From the human T2T-CHM13v2.0 reference genome, Homo sapiens, in assembly GCF_009914755.1 (NCBI RefSeq), contig NC_060927.1: a stretch of DNA of 64,000 bases. One strand, given 5' to 3'. The notes under the pieces are model-generated. The model was not told the origin of the DNA. It worked only from the letters and a program-made list of their open reading frames with translations, and did no database searches. How positions within the stretch are numbered: position 1 is the first letter of the stretch; each line of letters opens with the position of its first letter. This document shows positions 27,048 through 42,876 of this stretch, piece after piece. The position numbers and the translations under genes were made by a program.

Positions 27048-29985
27048 GTGATATATATTGCACCACCCCACCAAAAAATCAAAGTATTCTCCAATAGCCT
27101 TGATAGTACGTATCGGCCAACAAGAAAGTCAAAGCAAGCAGTTGGTATTCTAATTAATGAAATAGTAACCTTAATTGATTCCTTGATAGGACTAGCCAGG
27201 GAAATAGTTTACAACAATACCGTCACACAAAATGTTACAGTCATTATATCCACAGTGGCAGCTGGAATGGGACAGAATGTTAAGCTCATACAAAAGTTGT
27301 TAGACTCCCTGGCTTCAATGATCCTAGACCATCAATTAACCTTTGATTACTTACTGACTAAAAAAAGAGAATTATGTGCTATTACAAATATATCCTATTA
27401 TTTCTACATTAATGTTACTGGAGAAATAGAACAAAGGACAGGACTCATCCTCCAACAGGCTACATGGCTATTGTTATGGGTTGGCTGTGTCTCCACCCAA
27501 ATCTCATCTTGAATTGTAGCTTCCATAATTCCTACATGTGTGGGAAGGACCCAGTGGGAGACAACTGAATCATGGGAACAGTTCCTTCCCTACTGTTCTC
27601 TTGGTAGTGAATAAGTCTCAGGAGATCTGAAGGTTTTATAAGGGGAAACCTCTTTCCCTTGGTTCTCCTTCTTTCTGGTCTGTCACCACGGAAGGCATGC
27701 CTTTACCTTCCACCATGATTTTGAGGCCTCCCCAGCCACGTGGAACTGTGAGTCCATTAAACTTTTTTGTTTATAAATTACCCAGTCTTGTGTATGTCTT
27801 TATCAGCATGTGAAAATGAACTAATACAGTAAATTGGTACCAATAGAGTAGAGCACTGCTGTTAAGATACCTGAAAATGTGGAAGTGGCTTTGGAACTGG
27901 GTAAAAGGCAGAGATTAGAGCAGTTTGGAGGGCTCAGAAGAAAACAGAAAAATGAGGGACAGTTTGGAATTTCCTAGAGACTTGTTGAATGCCTTTGACC
28001 AAAACACTGATAACAGTATGGACAATGAAAACACGTCCAAAGTAGTCTCAGATGGAGATGAGGAACTTGTTGGGAACGAGAATAAAGTTGACTCTTGTTA
28101 TGTTTTAGCAAAGCGACTGGTGGCATTTTGCCCCTGCTCTAGAAATTTGTAGAACTTTGACTTGAGGGAGATGATTTATCTGGTTATCTGGCAGAAGAAA
28201 TTACTAAATTTCTAAATTTCTAAGCAGCAAAACATTCAAGAGGTGTCTTTGGTGCTGTTAAAAGCATTCAGTTTTAAAACGCAAACAGCATAAAGGTTTG
28301 GAAAATTTGTAACCTGATGATGCCATTGAAAAGAAAAACCCATTTTCTGGGGAGAAACTGAAGCCGGCAACAGAAACGAGCAAAGTAATGAGGAGCCAAA
28401 AGTTAATCACCAAGACAATGGGAAAAAAATGTCCCCAGGACATGTCAGAGAGCTTTTTGGCAGCTCCTCCCATCACAGGCTAAGAGACCAAGGAGAAAAA
28501 ATGGTTTCTTGGGCCAGGTCCAGGGCCTCACTGCTATGTGCAGCCTAGGGACTTGGTGCCCTGCATCCTAGCCACTCTAGCCATGGCTAAAAGGGGCCAA
28601 GGTACAGCTCGGTCTGTGGCTTCAGAGGGTGCAAGCCCCAAGCCTTGAAAGCTTCCACATGGTGTTGAGCCTGTGAGTGCATAGAAGTCAAGAACTGAGG
28701 TTTGGGATCATCCACTTAGATTTCAGAGGATGTGTGGAAATGCCTGGATGTCCAGGAAGAAGTTTGCTGCAGAGACAGGACCCTAATGGAGAACCTCTGA
28801 CAGGCCAGTGCAGAGGGGAAATGTGGGGTTGGAGCCTCCATACAGAGTCCCAGCTGGGGCACTGCCTAGTGGAGCTGTCAGAAGAGGGCCACCATCCTCC
28901 AGATCCCAGAATGGTAGATCCACCTACAGGTTGCACTGTGCACCTGGAAAAGCCACAGACACTCAATGCCAGTGCAAGAAAGCAGCCAACATGGGGCTGT
29001 ACCCTGCAAGCCACAGGGGCGGAGCTGCCTAAGACCATGGGAACCTACCTCTTGCATCAGCGTGAACTGGATATGAGACATGTAGTCAAAGGAGATCATT
29101 TTGGAGCTTTAAGATTTGACTGCCTGCTGGATTTTGGATTTGCATGGGGCCTGTAGCCCCTTTGTTTTGGCAAATTTCTCCCATTCAGAATGGCTGTATT
29201 TACCAAATGCCTGTATCTCCATTGTGTCTAGGAAGTAACTAACTTGTTTTTGACTTTACAGGCTCATAGGTAGAAGGGACTTGCCTTGTCTCAGATGAAA
29301 CTTTGGACTGTGGACTTTTGAGTTAATGCTGAAATGAGTTAAGACTTTGGAGGACTGTTGGGAAGGCATGATTGGTTTTGAAATGTGAGGACATGAGATC
29401 TGGGAGGGGCCAGAGGTGGAATAACATGGTTTGGCTGTGTCCCTATCCAAATCTCATCTTGAATATCAGCTCCCGTAATTCCCACATGTAGTGGAAGAGA
29501 CCCAACCCAGTGGGAGGTAATTGAATCATGGGGGCAGTTTTCTCCCTACTGTTCTCCTGGTAGTGAATAAGTTTTATGAGAGCTGATGGTTTTATAAGGA
29601 GAAACACTTTTCACTTGGTTCTCATTGTCTCTTGTCTGGCACTGTATGAGACATGGCTTTCACCTACCACCATGACTGTGAGGCCTCCCCAGCCATCTGG
29701 AACTGTGAGTCCATTAAACCTCTTTTTGTTCATAAATTACCCAATCTTGGGTATGTCTTTATCTGTGGTAAGAAAATGGACTAATACAGCTATATAATTT
29801 TAATAACCCCTCTGCTAAAACCATCTGGGACTCTATTAAAAAATCTACCAAGCATTAGTGGTTCCTGCCTTTTCTGGGACCAGTGATAATCATTTTATTA
29901 TTATTTTTTTTGGCTCCTGTCTTTTTACCTTTTGGTAAAGTTTATATCTTCCAAGCTCCAATGGTTCCACATATAGCTGATGAAG
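27048..29985 (+). pseudogene. Gamma-type retroviral env (TM subunit) remnant, split by THE1C
   Basis: ORF 27048: basic cleavage-like RKSKQ, fusion-peptide-like AVGILI, ISD-like LDSLASMILDHQLTFDYLL, decayed CX6CC (CAITNISYY), INVTGEIE...QQATWL; the frame resumes after 29793 with YNFNN...*WFLPFLGPVIIILLLFF and, after frameshifts, LLVKFISSKLQ. Confidence 0.8.
27472..29788 (+). mobile_element. Full-length THE1C (LTR 27472-27828, internal, LTR 29422-29788)
   Basis: Two THE1 LTRs ending CTAATACA; internal region starts GTAAATTGGTACC; GGGGAAACCTCTTTCCCTTGGTTCTC is THE1C-like; perfect TSD GCTAT at 27467-27471 and 29789-29793. Confidence 0.92.
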
Positions 29986-30181
29986 TCACAAGCATTTCAA
30001 CTCATACCATCCCAAGGGGAGTCTAGTCACTATAAATCAATAGATCAGTCAGTAAGGCATTTGCAGAACTTTCAAATTTAGTCAGGGTTGATAGCTTGGC
30101 TCACCAAGAAACAACTCCAGAAAATGAAACCTCTGATTCTTTTCCTTAAGAATAAGGAACATAAAATCTCTCAGGGGGAAA

Positions 30182-31111
30182 TGAGACAGATGAGGCATGG
30201 GACTCATTCCCCAACCTTTTGCCTTACTGAAGACTTCTAATGCAAGCTGATGGTCGGGTGGGGCATGGGCAGCAGGCACCCCAACCAGATCATTCAGACC
30301 CTGCATCATAAATCTTAAGGCTCCTTACCCATTGATTGTAGGACCTTGAAGAGACCAAAATTGGCAGCTTCCATCATAAATCTTACTCAAGGGAGTAAAA
30401 GGCAGAGTCCTATCACAAATTTTACCCAAGGGGGATAACTCTATCTGCCATATGCACCCAAGACCAGAAGAATGATTGGTATTTCCCTGTTGTTCATTAT
30501 AATACTAAAAATCACACCCAGGGGTGCAGACTTAACATACTAATGAGTTATGCTATGCATGAAGAAGTATGTTACCAGACTGTAAAATTGCCTGCTTTAG
30601 CCTCTTTAAAATTACTCTCTTCTCTTTAGGTAGCCAGTCAGAGAATTGTCTCATGTACTGCCTTCTTTATGTCTGGACATAAGCTCCAATAAAGCTTTGT
30701 CTGGGAAAACTCTTTTGGTCTTGAGTCAATTTCTATTGCATTGAAAGCCCAAGAACCTGTGTCCCCACCCAATTCTCATCTCAAATTGCAATCACGGGTT
30801 GAGGGAGGGACCCAGTGGGAAGTGATTGGATCATGGGGGTGGTTTTCCCCATGCTGTTCTTGTGATAGTGAGTTCTCAGGAGAGCTGATGGTTTTAAAGT
30901 GCAGCACTTCCTCATGTGCTCTCTCTCTCCCTCACCTGCCACTGTGTAAGACATGCTTTGCTTCCCCTCTCCCTTCCGCTATGATTGTAAATTTTCTAAG
31001 GCCTCCCCAGCCAGGCAGAACTGTGAGTCAATGAAACCTCTTTTATTTATAAGTTATCAAGTCTCAGGTAGTATTTTTATAGCAGTATGAGAACTAACTA
31101 ATACAGTAACA
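30182..31111 (+). mobile_element. 3' LTR of the ERV1 provirus, interrupted near its end
   Basis: Homologous to 22554-23183 up to about 30760; the terminal GTAACA reappears at 31106-31111 after the MaLR insertion. Confidence 0.78.
30757..31105 (+). mobile_element. THE1D/MSTA-like solo LTR lacking its first ~15 bp
   Basis: CTGTGTCCCCACCCAATTCTCATCTC...GGCCTCCCCAGCC...AACTGTGAGTCAAT...CTAATACA. Confidence 0.85.
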
Positions 31112-32589
31112 TTCCTGTCACACCACTTAAAGGCACAATAATGTAATCACCTTTGTTGGGCTTGCTGAATTCTGATGTAGGAAGACCATGAAGCAAACAT
31201 GTTTGTTTCAGTATTCCAATTAAGATGATTACAGATCTAATTTAATTCAGAGCTCATTTAATAAAAAATAACAAATACATTTGAAATTAATCTAGGTGGT
31301 AAAAATTAATAGAAGTTAATGCCCTTTGGATAAGTATACTGCAATGCTGAAGAAGAGAAATTACCAAGAAAGATGAACCTGGTTGCCATAAACTTTGATT
31401 ATAATGTGAGAAGGAGGAGGTATATGAATTGATAGTTTAGAACATCATACAGTTGATGTTCTTGTAGGTATTTATGGAAATGCCACTGGGTCATTGTAAT
31501 TAAATGTTTGGGAAAGATAAGCAGCCTTTTAAATGCCAGTGGTGCATCCCTAATCAACTATTCCGGAAATTATCTCATTAAACAAGTTAGCTAGATCATA
31601 AATGTATTATGCCACACTAAAATCACTGTCTTTGAAAGGTATAGGCATATTTAGATAGATAGTATTTTAAAATTCTATCACTCATATATTATTATTTGAT
31701 TTGGGTGTACATTTTGCAGTTAACTTAATCATGAACATGCTCTGGGACAGATAACTCCTCAGATTTGATTCAGTTGTAAGAATCATATAAAGGTAGAAAA
31801 TTGTTTCGTGGTTGTTCATAACAGCATCTACATCAAGGTCATCTTTTTCATCTTTTGTGAGTTTTATCTCAAGAATTCAGTTAAGTAATTGTTGGAACAC
31901 ATGCATGAATAAAAATAAATTTTTAATATTTTAACACTTTGAGGGTATCTATGTTTCCACTATTTATGAAAAAATGAAACAGTTTTTAGAACATGTATAA
32001 TTTAGAGTCCTTGATTTTCATAAGGAGACATTATTTAATTCTTCTACTTGCCTGATACTCATGGCATATCAACATTACTTTGATGAAAAACATTAAATCT
32101 CTTTGGATTAAATGCCTGCAGGTAATATCAAGTATAATTTACCTCTCACAAGCCTATTACACATGTTTAGGAAAGACGTTAAAAAAACAGTATTTCGAGC
32201 AATTAATGCTGTAGTTGTGTTAACCTGTGTAACTGAATCAATCCATATCATCAATATGCTATGCTGCATAATTCTGTTATTTCAATGACTGTTTTAAAAT
32301 TCTCCACCCTTGACATTCTAATCTGCCATTGTATTGGTTTTTATTAATAATAAAAATAGTAAATATTTATTGAAAATTCTTGATATGCCATGTGTTCAGC
32401 TTAATCTTGGTATTAATTAACTTGTGAGTCTCCAAAATAGGTTATTTCATCTCCAGAGGTACAGAAAGATTTCTTAAAAAATGTGTCTTGCATGTTGCAA
32501 TATTTAATTTTAAATATTTCAATTTCCTTGTGAACAACTTTCAAATGTCACATTCCCTAAGACTGAGATTTCTTAAAACACCTATACTT

Positions 32590-32856
32590 GGCCAGGCACA
32601 GTGGCTCATGCCTGTAATTTCAGCACTTTGGGAGGCAGAGGCAGGCAGATAGCCTGAATCCAGGAGTTTAAGACCAGCCTGGACAACACGGTGAAACCCT
32701 GTCTCTTCCAAAAAAGAAAAATTAGCTCAGTAGGGTGGAGCATGCCTGTAGTCCCACGTATTTTTGGGAAGATTAAGTGGGAGGATCACCTGAGTCCAGG
32801 GACTTTGAAGATTGCACCATTGCACTCCAACCTGGGGAACAGAGTAAGACCTTGTC

Positions 32857-32887
<31 letters not shown>

Positions 32888-32888
32888 A
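32590..32888 (+). mobile_element. AluJ-like with (CAAAA)n tail
   Basis: GGCCAGGCACAGTGGCTCATGCCTGTAAT...; GTGGGAGGATCACCTGAG in the right arm; degenerate TSD AAAACACCTATACTT / AAAATCCCTATTACTT. Confidence 0.88.
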
Positions 32889-33196
32889 TCCCTATTACTT
32901 GCTCATTCCCCTATTCTCTTTCCCTTTTACAATAGTCTTTTTCCATATCTTGAAACTAAAGGTAGAATTTGTCACTTTCCACAAATCATAAAATGGTTCA
33001 CAAAAAGAATATTTCAAAATATTTGTTATATATTAAAAGTAATAATATGCACATTAAATACCTTATTTAACAAATAATTTTCACAATTCAGATGGCTGAC
33101 ATTGTTTTCAAAAGTTTGTAAGGGAAGACTTGAATAATTGTCAGTTGATAGATATTAAAAGTAATATTTGAGAGGTGGCAAGAGGATTTCTCCAAC

Positions 33197-33230
33197 CACA
33201 CACACACACACACACACACATACACACACA
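33197..33230. repeat. (CA)n microsatellite
   Basis: Direct reading. Confidence 0.93.
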
Positions 33231-34599
33231 GAGCTGAGTTTTCAACAAAATCATAACTTTTCTTTAACTCATTATAGAGTTAAAGTCACAGGAAATAATG
33301 TATCCTGAAATTGAAATACAAATCCTGTCAAGGAGAGATTGGATACAAGCGCTTACACATCTAATGCAGTGCATTGGAGAAAGGAATGCCAAGTGCACAT
33401 AAAATATGGTAAGAACAATGCAGTTAAATTGTTAAGAAAATTACTAAATGCTGGCTTCAGGCTAGGATGAGAGTATAGAAAACTGAGCCACAGACAACAG
33501 GGAAATTTATACTCACTCGAAGACTCTTCTCCAAAAACCTCATGATTGGCTCACAAGAAACACTGGCTGACAGAGGGATAGAAAATCCCTCGTGCTGCAG
33601 ACCTGGGAGAGGAAAGCATCAGGCCCTGGGAGAAAGAACAAACAAGCTCCACCCGTAGTCTTCACTACAGAAGACTTAAAACTACTAGGTAGCAAACTCT
33701 GTCACCCTAATGGCAGATGGAGAAAATCCACTGGGACAAAGAGAAGGGGAAATACAATGAAACACTTCTATTCCCAGGAAAGAGACAGGAAATACTTTTG
33801 GGGCCAGATTATTGGAGGTACCCAATCACTGTATAGGAGCAAGATCAATTAGAAAGTCCCATTTTCAAGATTCAGAGACATAGACCCTGAATATAGGTAG
33901 ACACAAGCCCTGATTAAATTTAGGCTGAATGAAACAACAAAAAAACACTCTGCTATCTCCACCCTATTTTTAAAAAGCTAGCAAGTTCTAGGAAACACAC
34001 CACAGCAGCCTATCACTGAGTTAGACACGAGAAGAAGAGCAAATCTTTCTGAAAAATCAGGCTCACAGGAACAGCTTAAAGCTAAGGGTGAAATGGGATC
34101 TTTATGTAGAACTCTTGAGTACCCAGCCCCTGAGCTATAGGTCAGGGTAAAGCCAGAGGATTTGAAGCAAGTAATGCACTGAGGTTAATCATAGGAAAAC
34201 CTAAACCCACCCAGAAAATCTCAGATTGTGGTATTCTCCATTTAAAAAGTCACTTAATAGTTGACATTTTTTTTTCTTATCGCTTTTTCTGCATGCTTGC
34301 TACTCAGAGCAATGTTGATCAGTTATCTTTATCTGATGTTTCCTCTGAAAGACCAGACCTGCATTATAGGTCATTAAAGAATTTAATGTTCTAAGGAGAA
34401 CATTGAGGAGAGTCTACCGGCATAGTCAAAAGGAAGATGGGGCACATTGTATGTGCCTATGTGGTACTATGTGGCCTTGTCTCCTTGTGATAATGTAAAG
34501 TCTAGATTCAGAGATGAATATTCCTAGTTGCATAGGCCAACATGTCACTACCTCAGAAGGGAAGATTTAAAGAATCTGAGAATGATTGGATCTCTTTGC

Positions 34600-37535
34600 C
34601 ATTAAACCTCTAACTATAACATACTTAAACTAGAAATTATTCATAGAAAGATATTTAAAAGATATATATATTTAAATTAAACAACACATATTTCTAAGTA
34701 AATAATCAGTCAAAGAATATATGACAGGCATATTATATTTTAATTGAATAAAAATGAAAGCAAAATATATTAAAATTTATAGTGTGCAGTTAAATGATAG
34801 CACTAAATGCTTTTTTAGAAGACAGTCCTCACATAAATGATCTAAGTTTGTTAAATAATCTAGAAGAAAAGAAGAGCAAATAAAACCCTAAAAAGGGCAA
34901 GAAAAGAAATATCAAAGAACAATTTATCTGTGATATTAAAAATAAAGTCTAAAAGGAGAAGAAGAAAAATCAAAGAAAGCAAAAACTGGTTCTCTGAAAA
35001 TATCACTAAAATTGAAAAAATTCTCACCAGAGTCACCACAAAAAATACAAGACAAAAACTACAAATACTAGGAAGAAAAGAAGATAAATTACCACACATC
35101 TTACCAATATTAAAAGGATAATAAAGCTGGGTGTGGTGGCTCATGCCTGTAATCCTAACAACATTTTGGGAGGTCAAAGGTGGGTAGATTGCTTGAGCTG
35201 AGGAGTTCAAGAACAGCCTGAACAACATGGTGAAATATCATATCATCAAAAAATATCCCCCCAAATTTAGCCGGGGGTGGTGGTGCATGCATGCAGTCCC
35301 AGCTGCTCAGGAAGCTGAAGTGAGAGGAACACTTGAGCCCAGGGAGGTCGAGGCTGCAGTGAGCAATGATAGCTCCACCACGCTCCAGCCTGGGCAACAG
35401 AGTGAGACCCCATCTAAAAAAAAAGGACAATAAGAAAATATAAACAAATTCATGCTTATTGACTAGAAAATTTCAAGGAGATGATATAATTCCTAAGAAG
35501 TTCAAAACTAGCAATTCTCATTCAAAAAGTAATAATCTGAATAGTTCTACATGAATAAAGACATTAAATCTTTGTTCAAAAGTATTCAAACTAAGGAAAC
35601 TCCAGGCTATATGCCCTTCCTGCTGAATTCTATCAAAAATTTAAAGAAGGAAAAGTATCAATTCTATATAAACTCTTCCAGAAAATGAAAAAGGAGAAAA
35701 TCTTTTCTAAATTATTTTAGGAGACTATTCCTTCCTTCATTCAAAATTTAGACAAAATCTAACAATAAAATTACAGACTGATGTCCCTCATGGACATGTA
35801 TACAAAAATTTTAAATAAAATATAGCAATACATAAAATACAAAATTCAGTTACATGTGAAAAGGATAATACGATACATTGTAACCAAACTTGGCTTCTCC
35901 CAGAAAGGCAAAGCTGGTTCAATATTTGAAAATTAAACAACAGAATTCACCATTAACAGACAAAAGATAAAAACACATATAATAGATGTAGCAGAGTCCC
36001 CTAACAAGACTCAACATTCATTTATAATAAAAAGTCAAAGCAAACTGAGAATAGAGAGGAATATCTTCAATCTAGTCAACAGCATCAAAAGCAATAAACA
36101 AATAAACTACAGTTAACATCACTAAGACTGGTTTTTCCCAAAGTTTGGAACAAGGTAAGAATATGTACTCTCACTACTAAGTAAATACTTCTATTCAATA
36201 TCATACTGGAGGTCCTAGCTAGTGCAATCAGACAAAAAATATAGATAAAAGGTGTATGTGCTGGAAGGGAAAAATTAAAATTGTCTCTTCACAGCTAACA
36301 TTTTTTATGTAAAAAATTCCACAGGATTTACAAAAGAAAAGCTATTTGAATTATTAAGTAAATGTAAGGGTTTCACAACATGACAGCATGCAAAATCAAT
36401 ATGCAAAAATCAATTATACTTTTAAACACTAACAAGTTAATTGAAAATTAAAATTTTTAAGTACAACTTACATATTACCAAATATATGAAATAGTTATGT
36501 ATATCAAGATATAAAAGATTGATGAAAGAAATCAAAAGAGTAATAGAGATACATACTAATTTTACATATTGGAAATCCCAATTGTGGCAATCTCCCCAGT
36601 CTGCATTATGAATATTTTACAATCTCAGTAAAAATGAAGGCTGAAATTGTTTTTATAGAAATCAACAAATTCCTTTGAAAGAAACTAGAATATCCAAAAT
36701 AAATTGAGAAAGAACTAAGTTAGCCTTACACTGCACAATTTCTTGAGTTAATCTAACTCTATAGTTTACTAGATATAGTATGTATTGCCAAAAGAATAAA
36801 CACATATCAACAGAACAAAATAAAAAGTCTGGAAATTGATCCATAGATGTAGTCAATTAATTTCAATTAATTTTTTCAAATTCTGTTATGGATGCAGAGC
36901 AACTAGAATTCTTATAGCTTGACAGTGGAAATCCAAAATAATACAGTCACTTTGGGAAACAATTTGACAGTTGATTATACAGGTAAACATCTACTTAACG
37001 TGTGTACCAACAGTTTACCTTCTAAATGTTAGCCAAGTAATATGAAAATTTATGACCATTCAAAAACCTATATAGTAATGTTTACAGCAGCTTTAATAGC
37101 AATTATGGAAAACTGGAATCACTCCAAATGCCCTACAACTGCTTAATGGATAAACCATTAAGGTACATCATAAAATGGAATTACTCAACAATAAAAACCA
37201 CACACTACTGATATATACAACATAATTGAACCACAAATATATGATGCTAAATGACAGAAAGACTAAAAATGGTTGTACACAGTATGATCCATTTCCATGA
37301 CATTTAGGAAAAGGAAAAACTTTAAGAAAATAGATGACTATTTGCCTGAGGCTGTGACTAAACAGCGGTTTTACCTACAAACGTCCACAGAAAGAGTGAA
37401 GGGCAGAGACAACGGAGCTGTCATAGATCTGGTCGTAGTTACATGACATTATATGTTTTGGAAAACTCACAAAATTGAACACAAAACCAGTGACATTTTA
37501 CAGCCTGTAAATTGAATATCAATTAAAAATATAAA
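34600..37535 (+). mobile_element. Ancient LINE-1 (L1M-type) ORF2 and 3' UTR, degraded
   Basis: ORF2-like motifs (CTGCTGAATTCTATCAAA, CTGGAGGTCCTAGCTAGTGCAATCAGACAA) followed by an L1M-type 3' UTR ending in an A-rich run. Confidence 0.75.
35125..35420 (+). mobile_element. AluJ-like inserted in the L1
   Basis: GATTGCTTGAGC and GAGGCTGCAGTGAGC J-type features; TSD AAAAGGATAATAA (35112-35124) / AAAAGGACAATAA (35421-35433). Confidence 0.9.
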
Positions 37536-37789
37536 AAAATGATATTCATTGATAAACTAATCTGTGATTTTGGCTAAAATCTTGGAAGAAATTTAAAGAG
37601 TTTATGATGTTGTTATAATGAAATTCCTTTCATTTCTATATACTTATTTGAACAATATTTTCTAGTTGCTTGTATTATAAAACTGAACTACAGAAATAGA
37701 ATTTTAACTAAATCTATCTTATTGCACCATTAAGTGAAAATTTGTCATGGATACACAAATTAATTGTGAAACAAAATTATAAATTTTTA

Positions 37790-38150
37790 AATGGCATTAT
37801 AAATATTATTAATATTTATAATATAATTAATCTCATAATAGATGCATTTCCAAAAAAATTCATGTGTAATATTTGCCTATCACTAAATAATATATTGAAG
37901 ATTTGTCAGTTAATATATTAATATCAATGATATAAAGTATATAATTTATATAACAAATTTGCTTAAAACAATAGGTTCTATATAATTAATATATGATCAT
38001 AATATAGTTATATTTAAATAATATATGATATATAGATAAATATATAATATGGAAATATATAACTTTTAATTATATTTTCACCATATTATTTTCAAATGTG
38101 TATAATATATTAACATATAATACATAATATATTAATCTATAAATACTAAT
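37790..38150. repeat. AT-rich low-complexity tract
   Basis: Very few G/C; ATAT/TAAT-rich degenerate repeats. Confidence 0.7.
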
Positions 38151-39062
38151 AATGTTTTTTATCATGAATTCATTAGAAAGGTATGCTACATTGATAAAAA
38201 TATTAATCATAAAATTTACATTAAGATAAAATTTTACCAAAAAGTGAAATGAAAGAACAAGTTTAATTTCCTCTGTTTTATAGTTAAAACAAGAGGAAAA
38301 ACAATCAAAACCACAGAATAATAGAGAAATTAGTTAATTGGATCATTGTTAGTTAGCAACAGGCAATACTAGGGCTAATTGAATCTAACACTTATACCCA
38401 TGTTCTCATTTTCTTCTTCAATATACTGGAATATTTTTCACAAAGGATCTATGTAGGAAAAAAGTATGAAAGAAGGTGTTTTTGGCTTTTGTTGCTCATT
38501 TTTAGAAATCAATTATATACTTTGCATTGTCTTTCAATTCACCTTATATAAGAAAGATTTCTACTGCTAATTATTTTAGAATTATTGACATGGATAAAAT
38601 CTGCTAATCTTAATCATGTGTTGCAACTTCTCAGCTTCTTTTTTTTTCCTTTGGATACAATTGAAGTTACATAACCTTTAATTTTCATTTTTGCCTTTTC
38701 TGGTAGAAAATTCAAAATAAAAGGTAAAGATAAATTGCTAAAGACTGCTTCAGCTTGAGTTGTACCTGTTTCTTCATGTATAGATATTCAACACAAGTGT
38801 GGGTATGTGTGAGTGTCAAAATTTGTCAAGAAGCATATATAGTGTCATATTTCTTATTTAAGATATTTTAATTAGTTATCACAATAATCCTTCAAGGAAG
38901 GTATTTTAACAATAAGTAAATCTCAAAACCTTTTTTGATGTTCTTCTTTATGAAATGGCCTTTTAAGTTACATTACTACGTTAGCCTTATACTGAAATTT
39001 AAGTATAGACCACCTCAGATTTAAAGAGTAAGTTGAAAACAAATAAATAAAAAGGATCTTTC

Positions 39063-42017
<2,955 letters not shown>

Positions 42018-42475
42018 TAAAAAGAATCTTTCACTCTTTAAACTATAATCAAGATTTGAAGACTTGAAAGTGAGATGAAGGGAAAATAAATGTTTTTCAA
42101 CATTATTTTGTTTTGTTGTAAATACAATGCACAGATTAAAATATGCTATCATAAGAGGCTGAAATGAAATCTGCCTTTTCAGTTCAAACTTGAGTTTCAG
42201 AAACAGACTATTTTTTGAATGTTAGAAGTTGATATAAAACAAATGTCAAAAAGTCTCTCTAAATGTCATGCCTATTCTTTTCAAGGTAAAATTGAATTAA
42301 TTTATCTCATCAATAAACTGATGTATTTTGAACTGCAATGATATGTATATATAAGATATCTAAATTTTCTTTTGTAGAAAGAAGTATAAAAAACATTTTC
42401 TGTCATCATAAAGTGAATAATTAGTATGTATATCAATTGTTTTTTAACTGCTAATTTGAATAATAAAAAAGTTCC

Positions 42476-42876
42476 TGATATGGTTTGGTTTGGCTCTGTG
42501 TCCCCACACAAATCTCATGTTGAATTGTAATCCCCAGTGTTGGGGGGAGGGACCTGGTGGAAGGTGATTGGTTCATGAGGGAGTGGGGGGGGCAGGCAGA
42601 TATCCCCCTTGCTGTTCCCATGACAGTGAGTGAATTCTCATGAGATTTGGTTGTTTAAAAGTGTGTAGCACTTCTGCCTTCACTCTCTCTCCTGCTACAT
42701 GTGAAGACATGCTTACTTTCCCTTTGCCCTTCTGCCATGATTATAAGTTTTCTCAGGCTTTCCCAGCCATGCCTCCTGTACAGCCTGTGGAATTGTGAGT
42801 GAATTAAACCTTTTTTCTTTATAAACTACCCAGTCTCATGCAGGTTTTTATAGCAGTGTGAGAACAAACTAATACA
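42476..42876 (+). mobile_element. MSTA-like MaLR solo LTR
   Basis: TGATATGGTTTGG...CTCTGTGTCCCCAC...CTAATACA; TSD GTTCC/GTCCC. Confidence 0.9.

Larger units (their letters stand above)
22554..31111 (+). mobile_element. Two-LTR ERV1-class provirus (MER67-like LTRs, MER31/MER4-group internal), no recognisable gag/pol, env remnant, two nested MaLR insertions
   Basis: Homologous LTRs at 22554-23183 and 30182-31111 (both start TGAGACAGA; share AAAAATCACA.CCAGGGGTG.AGA.TTAACAT.CTAATG and GTCAATTTCTATTGCATTGA); PBS at 23191; polypurine tract AGGGGGAAA at 30173-30181. Confidence 0.82.

Noticed and set aside
27048-27512. 154-aa ORF as a domesticated syncytin-like gene
   Set aside because: Non-ATG start, no signal peptide or SU frame, degenerate cleavage site and CX6CC, and cut off from its membrane anchor by THE1C and a stop codon.
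27925-29450. Overlapping ORFs of up to 159 aa
   Set aside because: All lie in the THE1 internal sequence, where such frames are expected remnants.
34280-34350. U2 snRNA pseudogene
   Set aside because: Only scattered short matches; the conserved GGCTAAGATCAAGTGTAGTA core is absent.
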